Shown here: positions 55,096 to 63,541 of the stretch, piece by piece
Position numbering within the stretch: position 1 is the stretch's first letter
How the letters are laid out: the number at the start of each line of letters is the position of its first letter
Origin: Rhodothermales bacterium
GTDB lineage: Bacteria > Bacteroidota > Rhodothermia > Rhodothermales > UBA10348
DNA length: 64,000 bases
Reading direction: 5' to 3'
Assembly: GCA_040221055.1 (NCBI GenBank)
Contig: JAVJVN010000004.1
Coordinates: 269,430 to 333,429 of the forward strand
Position numbers and translations under genes: made by a program
Notes under the pieces: model-generated
Seen by the model: the letters and a program-made list of their open reading frames with translations, nothing else
What the model was told of the DNA's origin: nothing
Databases searched by the model: none

Positions 55096-55470
55096 TCAGA
55101 CCATGAACATCCGCACCAACATGATCGCAGCCACGACCCCCAGAAGAAGCAGCACGAACCGGGCGGCACTCCACGGTGTTGCCGTGGCAACGGGATCATC
55201 GGGATCCCATTCGTTCATGTCCTCGCGTGAACCCTCCAAAAGATCCGCCTCGTCCAGCAACTCCCGGGCACGTTCGACGACGTCATCCAGCGCCAGCAGG
55301 TCAACACCCTGACTCCGCTGCATCATGGGATGCATGCCGCCGGCATCGTCCGCGCTGAAAAAGGATGCAATGCCTTCGTCCAGCAAATACTCCCGTGCTA
55401 TTTCAGCGTCATGACGCGACGAGAATGTGGCGATCACGGCCGTTTCCTGGGTCGACAGGTCCTGGTTCAT
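55096..55470 (-). CDS. DUF2007-like putative signal-transducing domain protein with C-terminal TM anchor
   Basis: AVIATFSSRHDAEIAREYLLDEGIASFF... followed by an acidic linker and FVLLLLGVVAAIMLVRMFMV. Start at MNQDL (ATG 55470). Confidence 0.5.
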   Translation of the reverse strand: MNQDLSTQETAVIATFSSRHDAEIAREYLLDEGIASFFSADDAGGMHPMMQRSQGVDLLALDDVVERARELLDEADLLEGSREDMNEWDPDDPVATATPWSAARFVLLLLGVVAAIMLVRMFMV

Positions 55471-55537
55471 GGCATTCCGGGGTCTGGTGTACCGGCCAGA
55501 ATAGGCCATCGGGCCTGTCAGCGCAATATCCTCTTGC

Positions 55538-56299
55538 CTATTCGCGATTTCGCCCGAACACGCGGACCACCACCAGCAGTAAGCAAGCCAGGCACAACCC
55601 GACGGCCGCCATGCCCACCACGGAGCCCGCGGCTTGATTGGCCTGGATGCCGAAAGCGGCCCAGGCAACCACAGCCACAAACACGGCATCCCTGAATCGG
55701 AAAAAGACGCTGCCGGCCACGGCGGCAACCACCGCCAACTTCAACAGGGTCCATGTCGGTTCGGAGAACACGGCATTGTTCCATCCCGCGGCGCTCTGCA
55801 GGATACTGATGTTGGCCACCGTCGCAACGCAGATCCAGGCCAGGTAGAGGCTCACGGGAACGCGGAAGGACATCGTAAACAGCCAATCCGGCTCAGCTCC
55901 TTTCCTCACGGCGTCATACATGACCACGAGCGTCGCCAGCAAACCCAGCATGATGGCCATGCTCAACCACAGGTATTCATGGTGCCAGGCGACAATCCAT
56001 GCCGCGTTCAGCACACCATTCAGCATGAACGCGCCATCCATGCGCCGCAGCCGCTCATCGTGCCGGAACCGGGGCAGCGCCTGAACGACGACCAGCAACA
56101 GGAGACCAAGATAGATGATGCTCCAGATGGCGAACGTGAAGCCGGCGGGCGTGAACATCGATGCGTACGCATCGGAAACGGCACCGGTCGTATTCCCGCC
56201 AATCGGCAGGATGTTGGCAAGCGCATTCACGCTCACCATCAAGACATAAGCTGCGGCTACGCCAGCGACCCGCAGCAGTCGATTGTGCTTCACGCTCAT
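55538..56299 (-). CDS. TspO/MBR-related tryptophan-rich membrane protein (long form)
   Basis: VNALANILPIGGNTTGAVSDAYASMFTPAGFTFAIWSIIYLGLLLL and further W-rich TMs. Matches my memory of ~250-aa TspO-related proteins. Start at MSVKHN (ATG 56299). Confidence 0.5.
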   Translation of the reverse strand: MSVKHNRLLRVAGVAAAYVLMVSVNALANILPIGGNTTGAVSDAYASMFTPAGFTFAIWSIIYLGLLLLVVVQALPRFRHDERLRRMDGAFMLNGVLNAAWIVAWHHEYLWLSMAIMLGLLATLVVMYDAVRKGAEPDWLFTMSFRVPVSLYLAWICVATVANISILQSAAGWNNAVFSEPTWTLLKLAVVAAVAGSVFFRFRDAVFVAVVAWAAFGIQANQAAGSVVGMAAVGLCLACLLLVVVRVFGRNRE

Positions 56300-56337
56300 C
56301 CTTGTTTTTCCTTTCCTGTGTCCAATGTTCTTTCGAA

Positions 56338-57618
56338 TTACGCAGCCAGCACCCGGAGTGCGGCGACCAACTTGTCCAGATCCGGCGGCAGGTTGTAGAG
56401 CGCCGGTGTGACACGGATGCAGTCCCCCGCGGCCACCCCCGAGCGGGCCACGGTAAAGATGCCGAAGTCGTCCACCAATTTCCGGACGAGCGCGCGATTC
56501 TGCTCGGCATCCCCCTCGCCATGCAGCCGGAAGCTGGTGATGGCGCCCACGAGTTCGGGATCGTCGGGCGTCAGGACCTCCACGCCGGCAATGGTGCGCG
56601 CTTCGCGCACCCACCGGTCGCGGAGGTAGCGGATGCGTGCATGCTTGCGCTCCCAGCCAATGGATTCCTGGAAATCCAGCGCATTTGGGACGGTCAGGAT
56701 GGTGGCAAAGTTCATGGTACCGGTGTGCAGGCGGCTGTCAATCCGGTCCAGCCGGCCGGTGTCGCCGTGGGCCCGGTCAATGCCGCCCAGGCCTGACGCG
56801 CGGATGTACATGGCACCCACGCCGATGGGCGCGCCAATCCACTTGTGCAGGTTCATGCCGACATAATCCGCACCGAACCCGGCCACGTCCAGCGGAACTT
56901 GCCCCCAGGAATGCGCGGCATCCACGACCACATCCACGCCACGTGCACGGGCCAGCGCCGTGATGTCCCGGATCGGATGGATGAGGCCGGTCTTGTTGTT
57001 CGCGTGCGTGAGCAACAGCAGACGGGTCCGGGGGTGCGTGTCCAGGGCCTCTGTGTAGGCATCCAGGATCTGTTGTTTGGATTCGACCGGTTCCGGAAAG
57101 TCAAAGGTCGCCACGTGCGCCCCCCTGCGGGCGGCCAGTGCATTCATGGCCTGCTGCATGGCCGGGTAGTCCAGATCGGCGTACATGACGGTTTCGCCGG
57201 GCTGCAATCGGTTGTATTGGCCGATGAGGGCCTGCAGGGCCTCGGTCGCATTCCGGGAAAACGCGATTTCCCCCGGGGACACCTTCAGCGCGGCCGCGAC
57301 CCGTTCGCGGACGGCTGCCGCCTCCTGGCCGAACTGCGTGCGGGCGTAGAAGGAGCTCTCCCGGTTCACGCGTTCGGTGTGGCGTTGGAACGCTTCCAGG
57401 ACGGGCGTGGCCATCATGCCCCAATACCCGCCTTCCAGGTTCGTGATCTGGTCGGTGATTCCGTATTGGGCGGCTACGTCTTCCCAGTAGTCCTCTTCCG
57501 ATCCCGAAGGCATCCGGGGTCGGGCTGGAAGGGGAGATGCGGCGTTGGACGGTGTGGGCAGCGCGAGCGCCGCCGTTGCAAGACCGGCGTTGCGGAGGAA
57601 CTGTCGGCGGGTGGTCAT
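56338..57618 (-). CDS. Class V aminotransferase-fold PLP enzyme (cysteine desulfurase / isopenicillin-N-epimerase-like) with Tat signal
   Basis: MTTRRQFLRNAGLATAALALPTPSNA twin-arginine signal. PLP-lysine context GADYVGMNLHKWIGAP. Confidence 0.8.
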   Translation of the reverse strand: MTTRRQFLRNAGLATAALALPTPSNAASPLPARPRMPSGSEEDYWEDVAAQYGITDQITNLEGGYWGMMATPVLEAFQRHTERVNRESSFYARTQFGQEAAAVRERVAAALKVSPGEIAFSRNATEALQALIGQYNRLQPGETVMYADLDYPAMQQAMNALAARRGAHVATFDFPEPVESKQQILDAYTEALDTHPRTRLLLLTHANNKTGLIHPIRDITALARARGVDVVVDAAHSWGQVPLDVAGFGADYVGMNLHKWIGAPIGVGAMYIRASGLGGIDRAHGDTGRLDRIDSRLHTGTMNFATILTVPNALDFQESIGWERKHARIRYLRDRWVREARTIAGVEVLTPDDPELVGAITSFRLHGEGDAEQNRALVRKLVDDFGIFTVARSGVAAGDCIRVTPALYNLPPDLDKLVAALRVLAA

Positions 57619-57664
57619 GTCGCGAATGGGATGCGTTGGCAATCGACATGATACGGATGCGGAA

Positions 57665-58426
57665 TCAGCCGGTCGCGATCTGGAAGACCTCCCGGAGCAA
57701 CCATGCCGTGAAGTAGGCCAGTGTGGCCGCCGTTCCGCCCGTGAGCAAGGTTCGCAGACCCGAAACCAACACCGGCTTTTCCATGGCGATACTCTTGAGC
57801 ATGCCCACCGTCAGGAACATGAGGCCGGCCAGGATGGAACTGAGCGTGAACTGAACGGTCGGGCCGATGTGCGGAAGGAGGAACGGGATCAACGGAACGG
57901 CTCCAACCGCGACGAATGCGCCGAACGTGACCCCTGCCGAGACCCAGGGCACCTGCGTCGTCTTGCCAAGACCGTGTTCTTCGGCAACCATGGCCTCAAG
58001 CCAGGTATTTTCGTCGGAGGTAATCGTGTCCACCACGCGCTCGAGCAATTCCCCATCGAACCCCTTGGCCCGGTAGATCTGCCGGATCTCCTCGCGTTCG
58101 CCCTCGGGAATTTCCCGGATATGGCGCTTCTCGGTCTGCACGATGCTTTCCAGGAAGTCCTGGCCCGCCTTTCCTGACTCATAGTTGCTGATGGCCATGC
58201 TGAAGCCGTCGGCTATCAGATTCGCAAAGCCCAGGATCAAGGCCACGGACGACGGAAATCCGGCTCCAACCGACCCGGAAACGACGGCAAATGTCGTTAT
58301 GCATCCGTCAATACCGCCCAGGACCGCATCCGAAATGTACTGCCGCCGTCCGCCCCGGGACAGCCGCTCCCGGACCGCGTCCGGGTGGTGTTCGCCTGCA
58401 AGGTCTTCCGTCCTGTGACGCTTCAT
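57665..58426 (-). CDS. VIT1/CCC1-family iron/manganese transporter
   Basis: YISDAVLGGIDGCITTFAVVSG, a ferritin-like cytoplasmic insert (EREEIRQIYRAKGF...) and C-terminal TMs. Start at MKRHRTED (ATG 58426). Confidence 0.8.
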   Translation of the reverse strand: MKRHRTEDLAGEHHPDAVRERLSRGGRRQYISDAVLGGIDGCITTFAVVSGSVGAGFPSSVALILGFANLIADGFSMAISNYESGKAGQDFLESIVQTEKRHIREIPEGEREEIRQIYRAKGFDGELLERVVDTITSDENTWLEAMVAEEHGLGKTTQVPWVSAGVTFGAFVAVGAVPLIPFLLPHIGPTVQFTLSSILAGLMFLTVGMLKSIAMEKPVLVSGLRTLLTGGTAATLAYFTAWLLREVFQIATG

Positions 58427-58585
58427 GGTGACTGTACCTGCCGGATGCACAGCCAAGGTAATCGATGTCACGTCATGCGCAAACCGTCAGTCCGAACCCG
58501 ATACGTCCCGCACGGTTGCCACAGTTGTCCGGAACGGTCATGGAGCATTATTCTTCCGCATGCATCAAACACACGGCGCACCCTC

Positions 58586-59530
58586 ATGAGGAATCCATTC
58601 AATGCATGGACCCGCTTGCCCCTCATCTGCCTGGGACTGGCAAGTATTGGCCTGGCCGGATGTGGCCCCGAACAGCCCGAGCAGTCGGCGGAGCCCACAC
58701 TCCAATGGGCCGAAATGCAGGATGCGTCGACCCGTGTCCTGTCGATTACCGGACTTTCCGGGCCTGAGGCCGTGCGGTACGATCCCGATCAGGACGTGTA
58801 TTTCATCGCGAACTTCAACGGCGATTCGGGAAGCCGGGACGGCAATGGTTTCATAAGCCGCGTCCGCGCCGAAGACGGCCATGTGGAGACACAGCAGTTC
58901 ATGGTGGGCACGGAACAGGCGCCGCTGCACGCGCCCCGCGGTATGATGCTGGTGGACAACACGTTGTGGGTGGCCGACATCGACGGCATACACGGGTTCA
59001 ACCGGACGGATGGCAGCCATGTGGCCTTCATCGATTTCAGCGCCTTCGAACCCGGCTTCCTGAATGATGTGGCGGCCGGACCGGACGGCACATTGTACGT
59101 GAGCGATACGGGTCGCTCACGGATCTATCGGGTGGACGGAGATACGGTTTCCATCGCCGTCGAAGGTGAAGCCATTGGTCCGCCGAACGGAATCACCTGG
59201 GCGCCCGGTGAACCCTACCTGCGCATTGCTCCCTGGGCGGGCGGCGGCGGGATCATCCGTGGATGGAACCCTTCCGATGGCACGGTCACGGAATTGACGG
59301 CCAGCATCGGGGATCGCGTGGATGGCATTGAGGTCATGGGCACCACCGTCGTGGCGGCCGTGCAGTCCGACTCGAGCATCTATGCCGTCCACGACGGCCA
59401 GATCTTCCGGGCCATCCAGGTGGAAGGCCGGCCGGCCGACATCGCCATCGACACCCGCCGTTCGCGGGTAGCCGTCCCATACATTGCCCTAAATCGTGTG
59501 GACATCTGGGCGCTACCGCAGACCCCGTAG
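58586..59530 (+). CDS. SMP-30/gluconolactonase/NHL-type beta-propeller lipoprotein
   Basis: Lipobox GLAGC. Repeated blades (PEAVRYDPDQDVYFIANF, PRGMMLVDNTLWVADIDG, LNDVAAGPDGTLYVSDTGRSRIYRV, PNGITW). Confidence 0.65.
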   Translation: MRNPFNAWTRLPLICLGLASIGLAGCGPEQPEQSAEPTLQWAEMQDASTRVLSITGLSGPEAVRYDPDQDVYFIANFNGDSGSRDGNGFISRVRAEDGHVETQQFMVGTEQAPLHAPRGMMLVDNTLWVADIDGIHGFNRTDGSHVAFIDFSAFEPGFLNDVAAGPDGTLYVSDTGRSRIYRVDGDTVSIAVEGEAIGPPNGITWAPGEPYLRIAPWAGGGGIIRGWNPSDGTVTELTASIGDRVDGIEVMGTTVVAAVQSDSSIYAVHDGQIFRAIQVEGRPADIAIDTRRSRVAVPYIALNRVDIWALPQTP

Positions 59531-59540
59531 AGAGGCTGAC

Positions 59541-60116
59541 TCAGAAGACCCATCCGAACTTCACCGACGCCTCTGGATTCAGCCGGGGCGGACGGAATTC
59601 CTGACCATCCACGAGGATATCCGCGTCCCCAGCAACCCGGACGCTGAGCCCGGTCCACGGACTCAGGTAGATATTTCGGGTCAAATAATGCACGTAGCCG
59701 ATTCCGCCGTTCAGCAGAGAGCTGTCATACTCCGCTCTTTCACGACGCGCATCCGACTGGATGCTTCCCATCCAGTACACCAATCCCCCGCCGAACCATA
59801 TTCCGTTGCCATCCGGAAACACATCCACCAGCACTGCGAAGGCGTCGATGTCGTTGTTGGTGAACCCGTCCTGCACCACGAACTCCGGCATGTGAACCAA
59901 GGCATGCAGCGCGCGGAGTCGGAGTGGCCCTTTCGCTGCCCATGCGGCGCCGAAATACCCCCCTGTCGCATAGGGGAGGACGTCAATCTCAACGCCGAAC
60001 GCAATCGGTCCGGGCACGGACTCCGATCGCAATGTTTGCTGGCCATGGACGTCCGCTGCAAAAGGGCCAGCCATCATCAACAGGGCGGTCATGCATGTCG
60101 AAATGGTCAGTTTCAT
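59541..60116 (-). CDS. Small outer-membrane beta-barrel-like protein
   Basis: Signal peptide MKLTISTCMTALLMMAGPFAADVHGQ. Alternating hydrophobic pattern. C-terminal ...VKFGWVF ends in an aromatic residue. Confidence 0.45.
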   Translation of the reverse strand: MKLTISTCMTALLMMAGPFAADVHGQQTLRSESVPGPIAFGVEIDVLPYATGGYFGAAWAAKGPLRLRALHALVHMPEFVVQDGFTNNDIDAFAVLVDVFPDGNGIWFGGGLVYWMGSIQSDARRERAEYDSSLLNGGIGYVHYLTRNIYLSPWTGLSVRVAGDADILVDGQEFRPPRLNPEASVKFGWVF

Positions 60117-60178
60117 GGTTCCGGGCGGCTTTGAACCCCTGCTACCTCGGCCTGTCGTCACCGTTCCAGGCATTTGAC

Positions 60179-60198
60179 ATACAACCATTCGGTTGTAT
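60179..60198. promoter_or_regulatory. Candidate ArsR-family operator: ATACAACC-attc-GGTTGTAT (8-4-8 perfect palindrome)
   Basis: 20-bp perfect inverted repeat ending 8 nt before the arsR-family ATG (60207). Confidence 0.5.
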
Positions 60199-60206
60199 AT
60201 TAGGGC

Positions 60207-60551
60207 ATGACGATTTCCCCCGACACGCAGACAGACCGCATTTTCCACGCGCTGGCCGACCGGACGCGACGCGATATCCTCATGCGTTCGCTCTCGGGCG
60301 AGCATTCCATATCCGAGCTCGCGAGTGCCTATGACATGAGTTTCGCGGCCGTCCAGAAGCATGTGTCCGTGCTTCACCAGGCCGGGCTCATCACCAAGCG
60401 CCGGAAGGGCCGCGAGGCCCTGGCCAGCGGAAACGCCGAGACCATCCGGACGGCCGCGGACCTGCTGCTCGAACTCGAGGGAATCTGGCGCGGGCGTGTC
60501 GCCCGCATAGACGCATTGCTGGAAAAAAACCCGAACCCATCATGCCTGTAA
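60207..60551 (+). CDS. ArsR/SmtB-family transcriptional regulator
   Basis: IFHALADRTRRDILMRSLSGEHSISELASAYDMSFAAVQKHVSVLHQAGLITKRRKGRE. Confidence 0.85.
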   Translation: MTISPDTQTDRIFHALADRTRRDILMRSLSGEHSISELASAYDMSFAAVQKHVSVLHQAGLITKRRKGREALASGNAETIRTAADLLLELEGIWRGRVARIDALLEKNPNPSCL

Positions 60552-61027
60552 TTGACGTATCCCATGACGCAGAGGCCCTCACGCTGACCATTGTCGCCGA
60601 GTTTGCCGCATCTCCCGAACGAATCTGGGCGCTGTATGCGGATCCGCGGCAGCTGGAGAAAGTCTGGGGCCCGCCCTCGCACCCCGCCACCTTCGTCGAC
60701 CACGAACTCAAGGTGGGGAGCCGCACGACCTACTACATGACCGGTCCCGAAGGCGAGAAATACCACGGATTCTGGGACATCACCGCCGTTGACGAGCCCC
60801 GGGAATTCTCGTTCAAGGACGGCTTCGCCGACGCGGATTTCAATCCCGATCCCAACATGCCGACGGCAACGTGTGTGTATACGCTGGAGCCCATCGAGAC
60901 CGGAACGCGCGCCACCTACGTCAGCACCTACGCCACGAAGGAAGGCCTGGAAACCGTGCTGGCCATGGGTGTCGTGGAAGGCGCCACGTCGGCCATCAAT
61001 CAGATCGACGACCTGTTGGCGGGCTGA
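60542..61027 (+). CDS. SRPBCC/AHSA1 (Aha1-like) domain protein
   Basis: FAASPERIWALYADPRQLEKVWGPP...FWDITAVDEPREFSF. Overlaps the arsR-family stop by 10 nt, the usual ArsR-AHSA1 pairing. Confidence 0.8.
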   Translation: MPVIDVSHDAEALTLTIVAEFAASPERIWALYADPRQLEKVWGPPSHPATFVDHELKVGSRTTYYMTGPEGEKYHGFWDITAVDEPREFSFKDGFADADFNPDPNMPTATCVYTLEPIETGTRATYVSTYATKEGLETVLAMGVVEGATSAINQIDDLLAG

Positions 61028-61042
61028 CCGGACCGACCTGCA

Positions 61043-61492
61043 TCACGACCCCGACGACCCGAGCTCTTCGGCAAGCCCGATGAGCAGTCCCTCGGGTCCG
61101 CGGATGTAGCAGAGTTTGTACGCGTCCTCATACCGGACCACCTCGCCCACCAACGCTGCCCCAACGGCGCTGAGCCGATGGAGCGTGGCGTCGAGATCGA
61201 CGACCGTGAACATCACCCGCAGGTAACCGAGGGCGTTGACCGGGGCATTCCGGTGATCGGCCACAACAGGCGGGTGCAGGAATCGGGAGAGCTCCAGCCG
61301 ACTGTGTCCGTCCGGTGTGACCATCATGGCGATTTCCACCTGCTGGTTGTCCAATCCGGTGACCCGACCGGCCCACTCCCCTTCGATCATGGCGCGGCCT
61401 TGCAGGGTCAGGCCCAGTTCGGAGAAGAATTCGATGGCGGCATCGAGGGACTCGACCACGATACCCACATTGTCCATGCGTTTGATGCTCAT
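61043..61492 (-). CDS. VOC (glyoxalase/bleomycin-resistance/dioxygenase) family protein
   Basis: MDNVGIVVESLDAAIEFFSELGLTL...LELSRFLHP...GYLRVMFTVVDLDATLHRL. Confidence 0.8.
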   Translation of the reverse strand: MSIKRMDNVGIVVESLDAAIEFFSELGLTLQGRAMIEGEWAGRVTGLDNQQVEIAMMVTPDGHSRLELSRFLHPPVVADHRNAPVNALGYLRVMFTVVDLDATLHRLSAVGAALVGEVVRYEDAYKLCYIRGPEGLLIGLAEELGSSGS

Positions 61493-61500
61493 ACCCTGCC

Positions 61501-62802
61501 TCAGAACCGGTCCCGATTGCCGACGCCGTCCAGGCGTGTGTTGACGATGTTGTTGAGGGTCGATCCGAACCGGTAGCGGAAGCCGAAACTGAGTCCGGCC
61601 TCGAAATTGGTCTCGAGCTGTCGACGACGCAGGAGGACCTCTTCCAGATCCGCATCGCCCTTCGGAAGATTGATCTGGTCATGGATGAGTTCCAGCGATC
61701 CGCCGACCTCAACGGACAGGCCCCTCGCAATGCGCACATCCAGTTCGGCGCCGAACTGGAGACTGTACCGGGATGGATCGTGCAGATACTGGGATGCGTC
61801 GATCTCCATTTCGATCTCGCCCCAGGGCTGGATGACTTCGTAACCCGCATTCAGGATATGTTGAGGCAGCATCTCCCGGATTTCGTTGTAGATGGTCGTG
61901 TCCCGGTAGGCAATGTGCGACGTGCCCAACCTGTACGTCACCGTCAATTGTCGTCTATTCGCTTCCCGGTACGGGTACACGCTCCATTCCACGGCGCCCA
62001 TGAAGCGGTAGCGCCAGTCGACATTCGAAAACGTGGACGTCAACACGTCGCCATAGCCGCCGACGGACCAGTGTGGAGACAGACTCCGGACTCCGTAACT
62101 CGTGAATCCATTCCGGTGCGACGTACTCTCGATGATATCGTCGCCCCGCTCGAACCGGTCATAATTGTAGTTGAAGAATGGCCGGAACTGAAGCTTCCAA
62201 TCCTCGGTCACGCGGCTGACGTAGACGCCGTATCGCGTATCGAACGACCGCTGCTGCGATTCGAAGTCCGCACTCCCGTCCGCATACATTTCGACCGTCC
62301 AGAAATTCCACGGGTCCACCATGTCCAGCGTTGGAAGGACAGCCGCTTCGGCGGCCGGCAGGACGTCGAGACGAATCCGGTCCCGCGTGAGGGTCTGCAT
62401 GACGTACGGGACGAGGGCTGCTTCCAGGGTCCGCAGGAACTCCTCCCGCTCCTCGGCTTGCGTGGCATCGGCGCTCGTCGTGAAAGAGGTGGAAAACGCC
62501 AGGCCTTCGAAGGCGCCCAACCCGATGAGGTCGAACGTCTGCGCCTCTCCACCGGAACCGGTGTTCTCCTCGGTAACAATCACATGAACATGGGCGGCCT
62601 CGCGGTCGCGCACGTGGTCAACGTAGTCCAACTCCTGCCGGATGAAATCCTGGTTGCAGAAACCGCAGTCCAGGAAGAGGGCAAGGCGGGCTGGCGGGGC
62701 CGTTTCCAGCTCCTGCGCCGTTGCCGGGCGGACCGCATCGCCCAGCCATAACAAGATGACCAGGAATCCGGGCATGGTCGAGCGCATCCTTCCTTCAAAC
62801 AT
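61501..62802 (-). CDS. Hypothetical outer-membrane beta-barrel protein
   Basis: Signal-like MPGFLVILLWLGDAVRPATAQ. Tyr/Arg/Phe-rich alternating strands. C-terminal ...NRDRF. Start is one of ATG 62802/62787/62775. Confidence 0.5.
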   Translation of the reverse strand: MFEGRMRSTMPGFLVILLWLGDAVRPATAQELETAPPARLALFLDCGFCNQDFIRQELDYVDHVRDREAAHVHVIVTEENTGSGGEAQTFDLIGLGAFEGLAFSTSFTTSADATQAEEREEFLRTLEAALVPYVMQTLTRDRIRLDVLPAAEAAVLPTLDMVDPWNFWTVEMYADGSADFESQQRSFDTRYGVYVSRVTEDWKLQFRPFFNYNYDRFERGDDIIESTSHRNGFTSYGVRSLSPHWSVGGYGDVLTSTFSNVDWRYRFMGAVEWSVYPYREANRRQLTVTYRLGTSHIAYRDTTIYNEIREMLPQHILNAGYEVIQPWGEIEMEIDASQYLHDPSRYSLQFGAELDVRIARGLSVEVGGSLELIHDQINLPKGDADLEEVLLRRRQLETNFEAGLSFGFRYRFGSTLNNIVNTRLDGVGNRDRF

Positions 62803-62909
62803 TCGATTCTTTCCGTTTTTGTCCGAATGAATGGTACGAATGGCGGACGTACGGATGCGAACAGCGCTGGGCTCGCACCGCCCGGAGGTTACCTGGTGTC
62901 GTGCATGCA

Positions 62910-63185
62910 TCAATAGTGATACCGGGCCTGAAGAAAATCCACCCTGTTCTGCATGACGACATAAACGATGCGGTGCTCCTGGGTCAAGCGGCGTGACCAA
63001 ACCCCGGAGCCCATGAATTTCAGCGGCTCGGGCTTACCCAGTCCGTCAAAGGGGTCGCGCATGACGTCTTCGATGATCTTCAGACACTTGAGTGCAATTT
63101 TTCTGTCGTGCCTTACCCAGTATTCCAGGTCTTCACGAAACTCAGGCATGAAGCACGAATCCCGCCCGGTTGGACGACTAGCCAT
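62910..63185 (-). CDS. yoeB: YoeB/Txe-family toxin (ribosome-dependent mRNA interferase)
   Basis: EDLEYWVRHDRKIALKCLKIIEDVMRDPFDGLGKPEPLKFMGSGVWSRRLTQEHRIVYVV...ARYHY aligns along its length to E. coli YoeB (...[31 protein letters not shown]...CRYHY). Confidence 0.9.
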   Translation of the reverse strand: MASRPTGRDSCFMPEFREDLEYWVRHDRKIALKCLKIIEDVMRDPFDGLGKPEPLKFMGSGVWSRRLTQEHRIVYVVMQNRVDFLQARYHY

Positions 63186-63459
63186 TCAATCCCAGGGCTG
63201 TTTTCAGGTCCTCAATGGATTCGGAAGAGCCTTCATTCTTGCGCGATCGCGCCAGGGCAGAAAGGAGACGATCGGCGTTTTTTGGGGAGCGCATCAGGTG
63301 GGCTGTTTCAATAAGCCCCGCCAATTCATCGGCAGGAATCATGGCCATGTTTTCCTTGCCACGACGGCGAATCATGATGGGTTCACGATTTGCTTCCGCC
63401 TGATCCCAAAGCTTGGCGAAGTTCGCTCGGGCTTCGGTGTATGTTACGTCGATTGACAT
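63178..63459 (-). CDS. yefM: YefM/Phd-family antitoxin
   Basis: TYTEARANFAKLWDQAEANREPIMIRRRGKENMAMIPADELAGLIETAHLMRSPKNADRL. Overlaps the yoeB start by 8 nt. Start at MSIDVT (ATG 63459). Confidence 0.85.
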   Translation of the reverse strand: MSIDVTYTEARANFAKLWDQAEANREPIMIRRRGKENMAMIPADELAGLIETAHLMRSPKNADRLLSALARSRKNEGSSESIEDLKTALGLNG

Positions 63460-63470
63460 CTGGATATACC

Positions 63471-63489
63471 TGTACTGGTTTACTGTACA
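63471..63489. promoter_or_regulatory. Candidate yefM-yoeB operator: TGTACT / TGTACA hexamers 13 bp apart
   Basis: TGTACT (63471-63476) and TGTACA (63484-63489) lie 12-30 nt upstream of the yefM ATG. The E. coli yefM-yoeB operator is known to consist of paired palindromes with a TGTACA core. Confidence 0.55.
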
Positions 63490-63541
63490 GATAATAGGCC
63501 AGCCCACCGTAAGTTCCTGCTACGAATGCACGGCCACCAGA

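Noticed and set aside
62803-63541. Considered calling the yefM-yoeB region a mobile element or genomic island.
   Set aside because: There is no integrase, transposase, tRNA anchor or flanking direct repeat. Only the lower GC and the TA content suggest foreign origin, so it is reported as a finding and not as a mobile_element feature.
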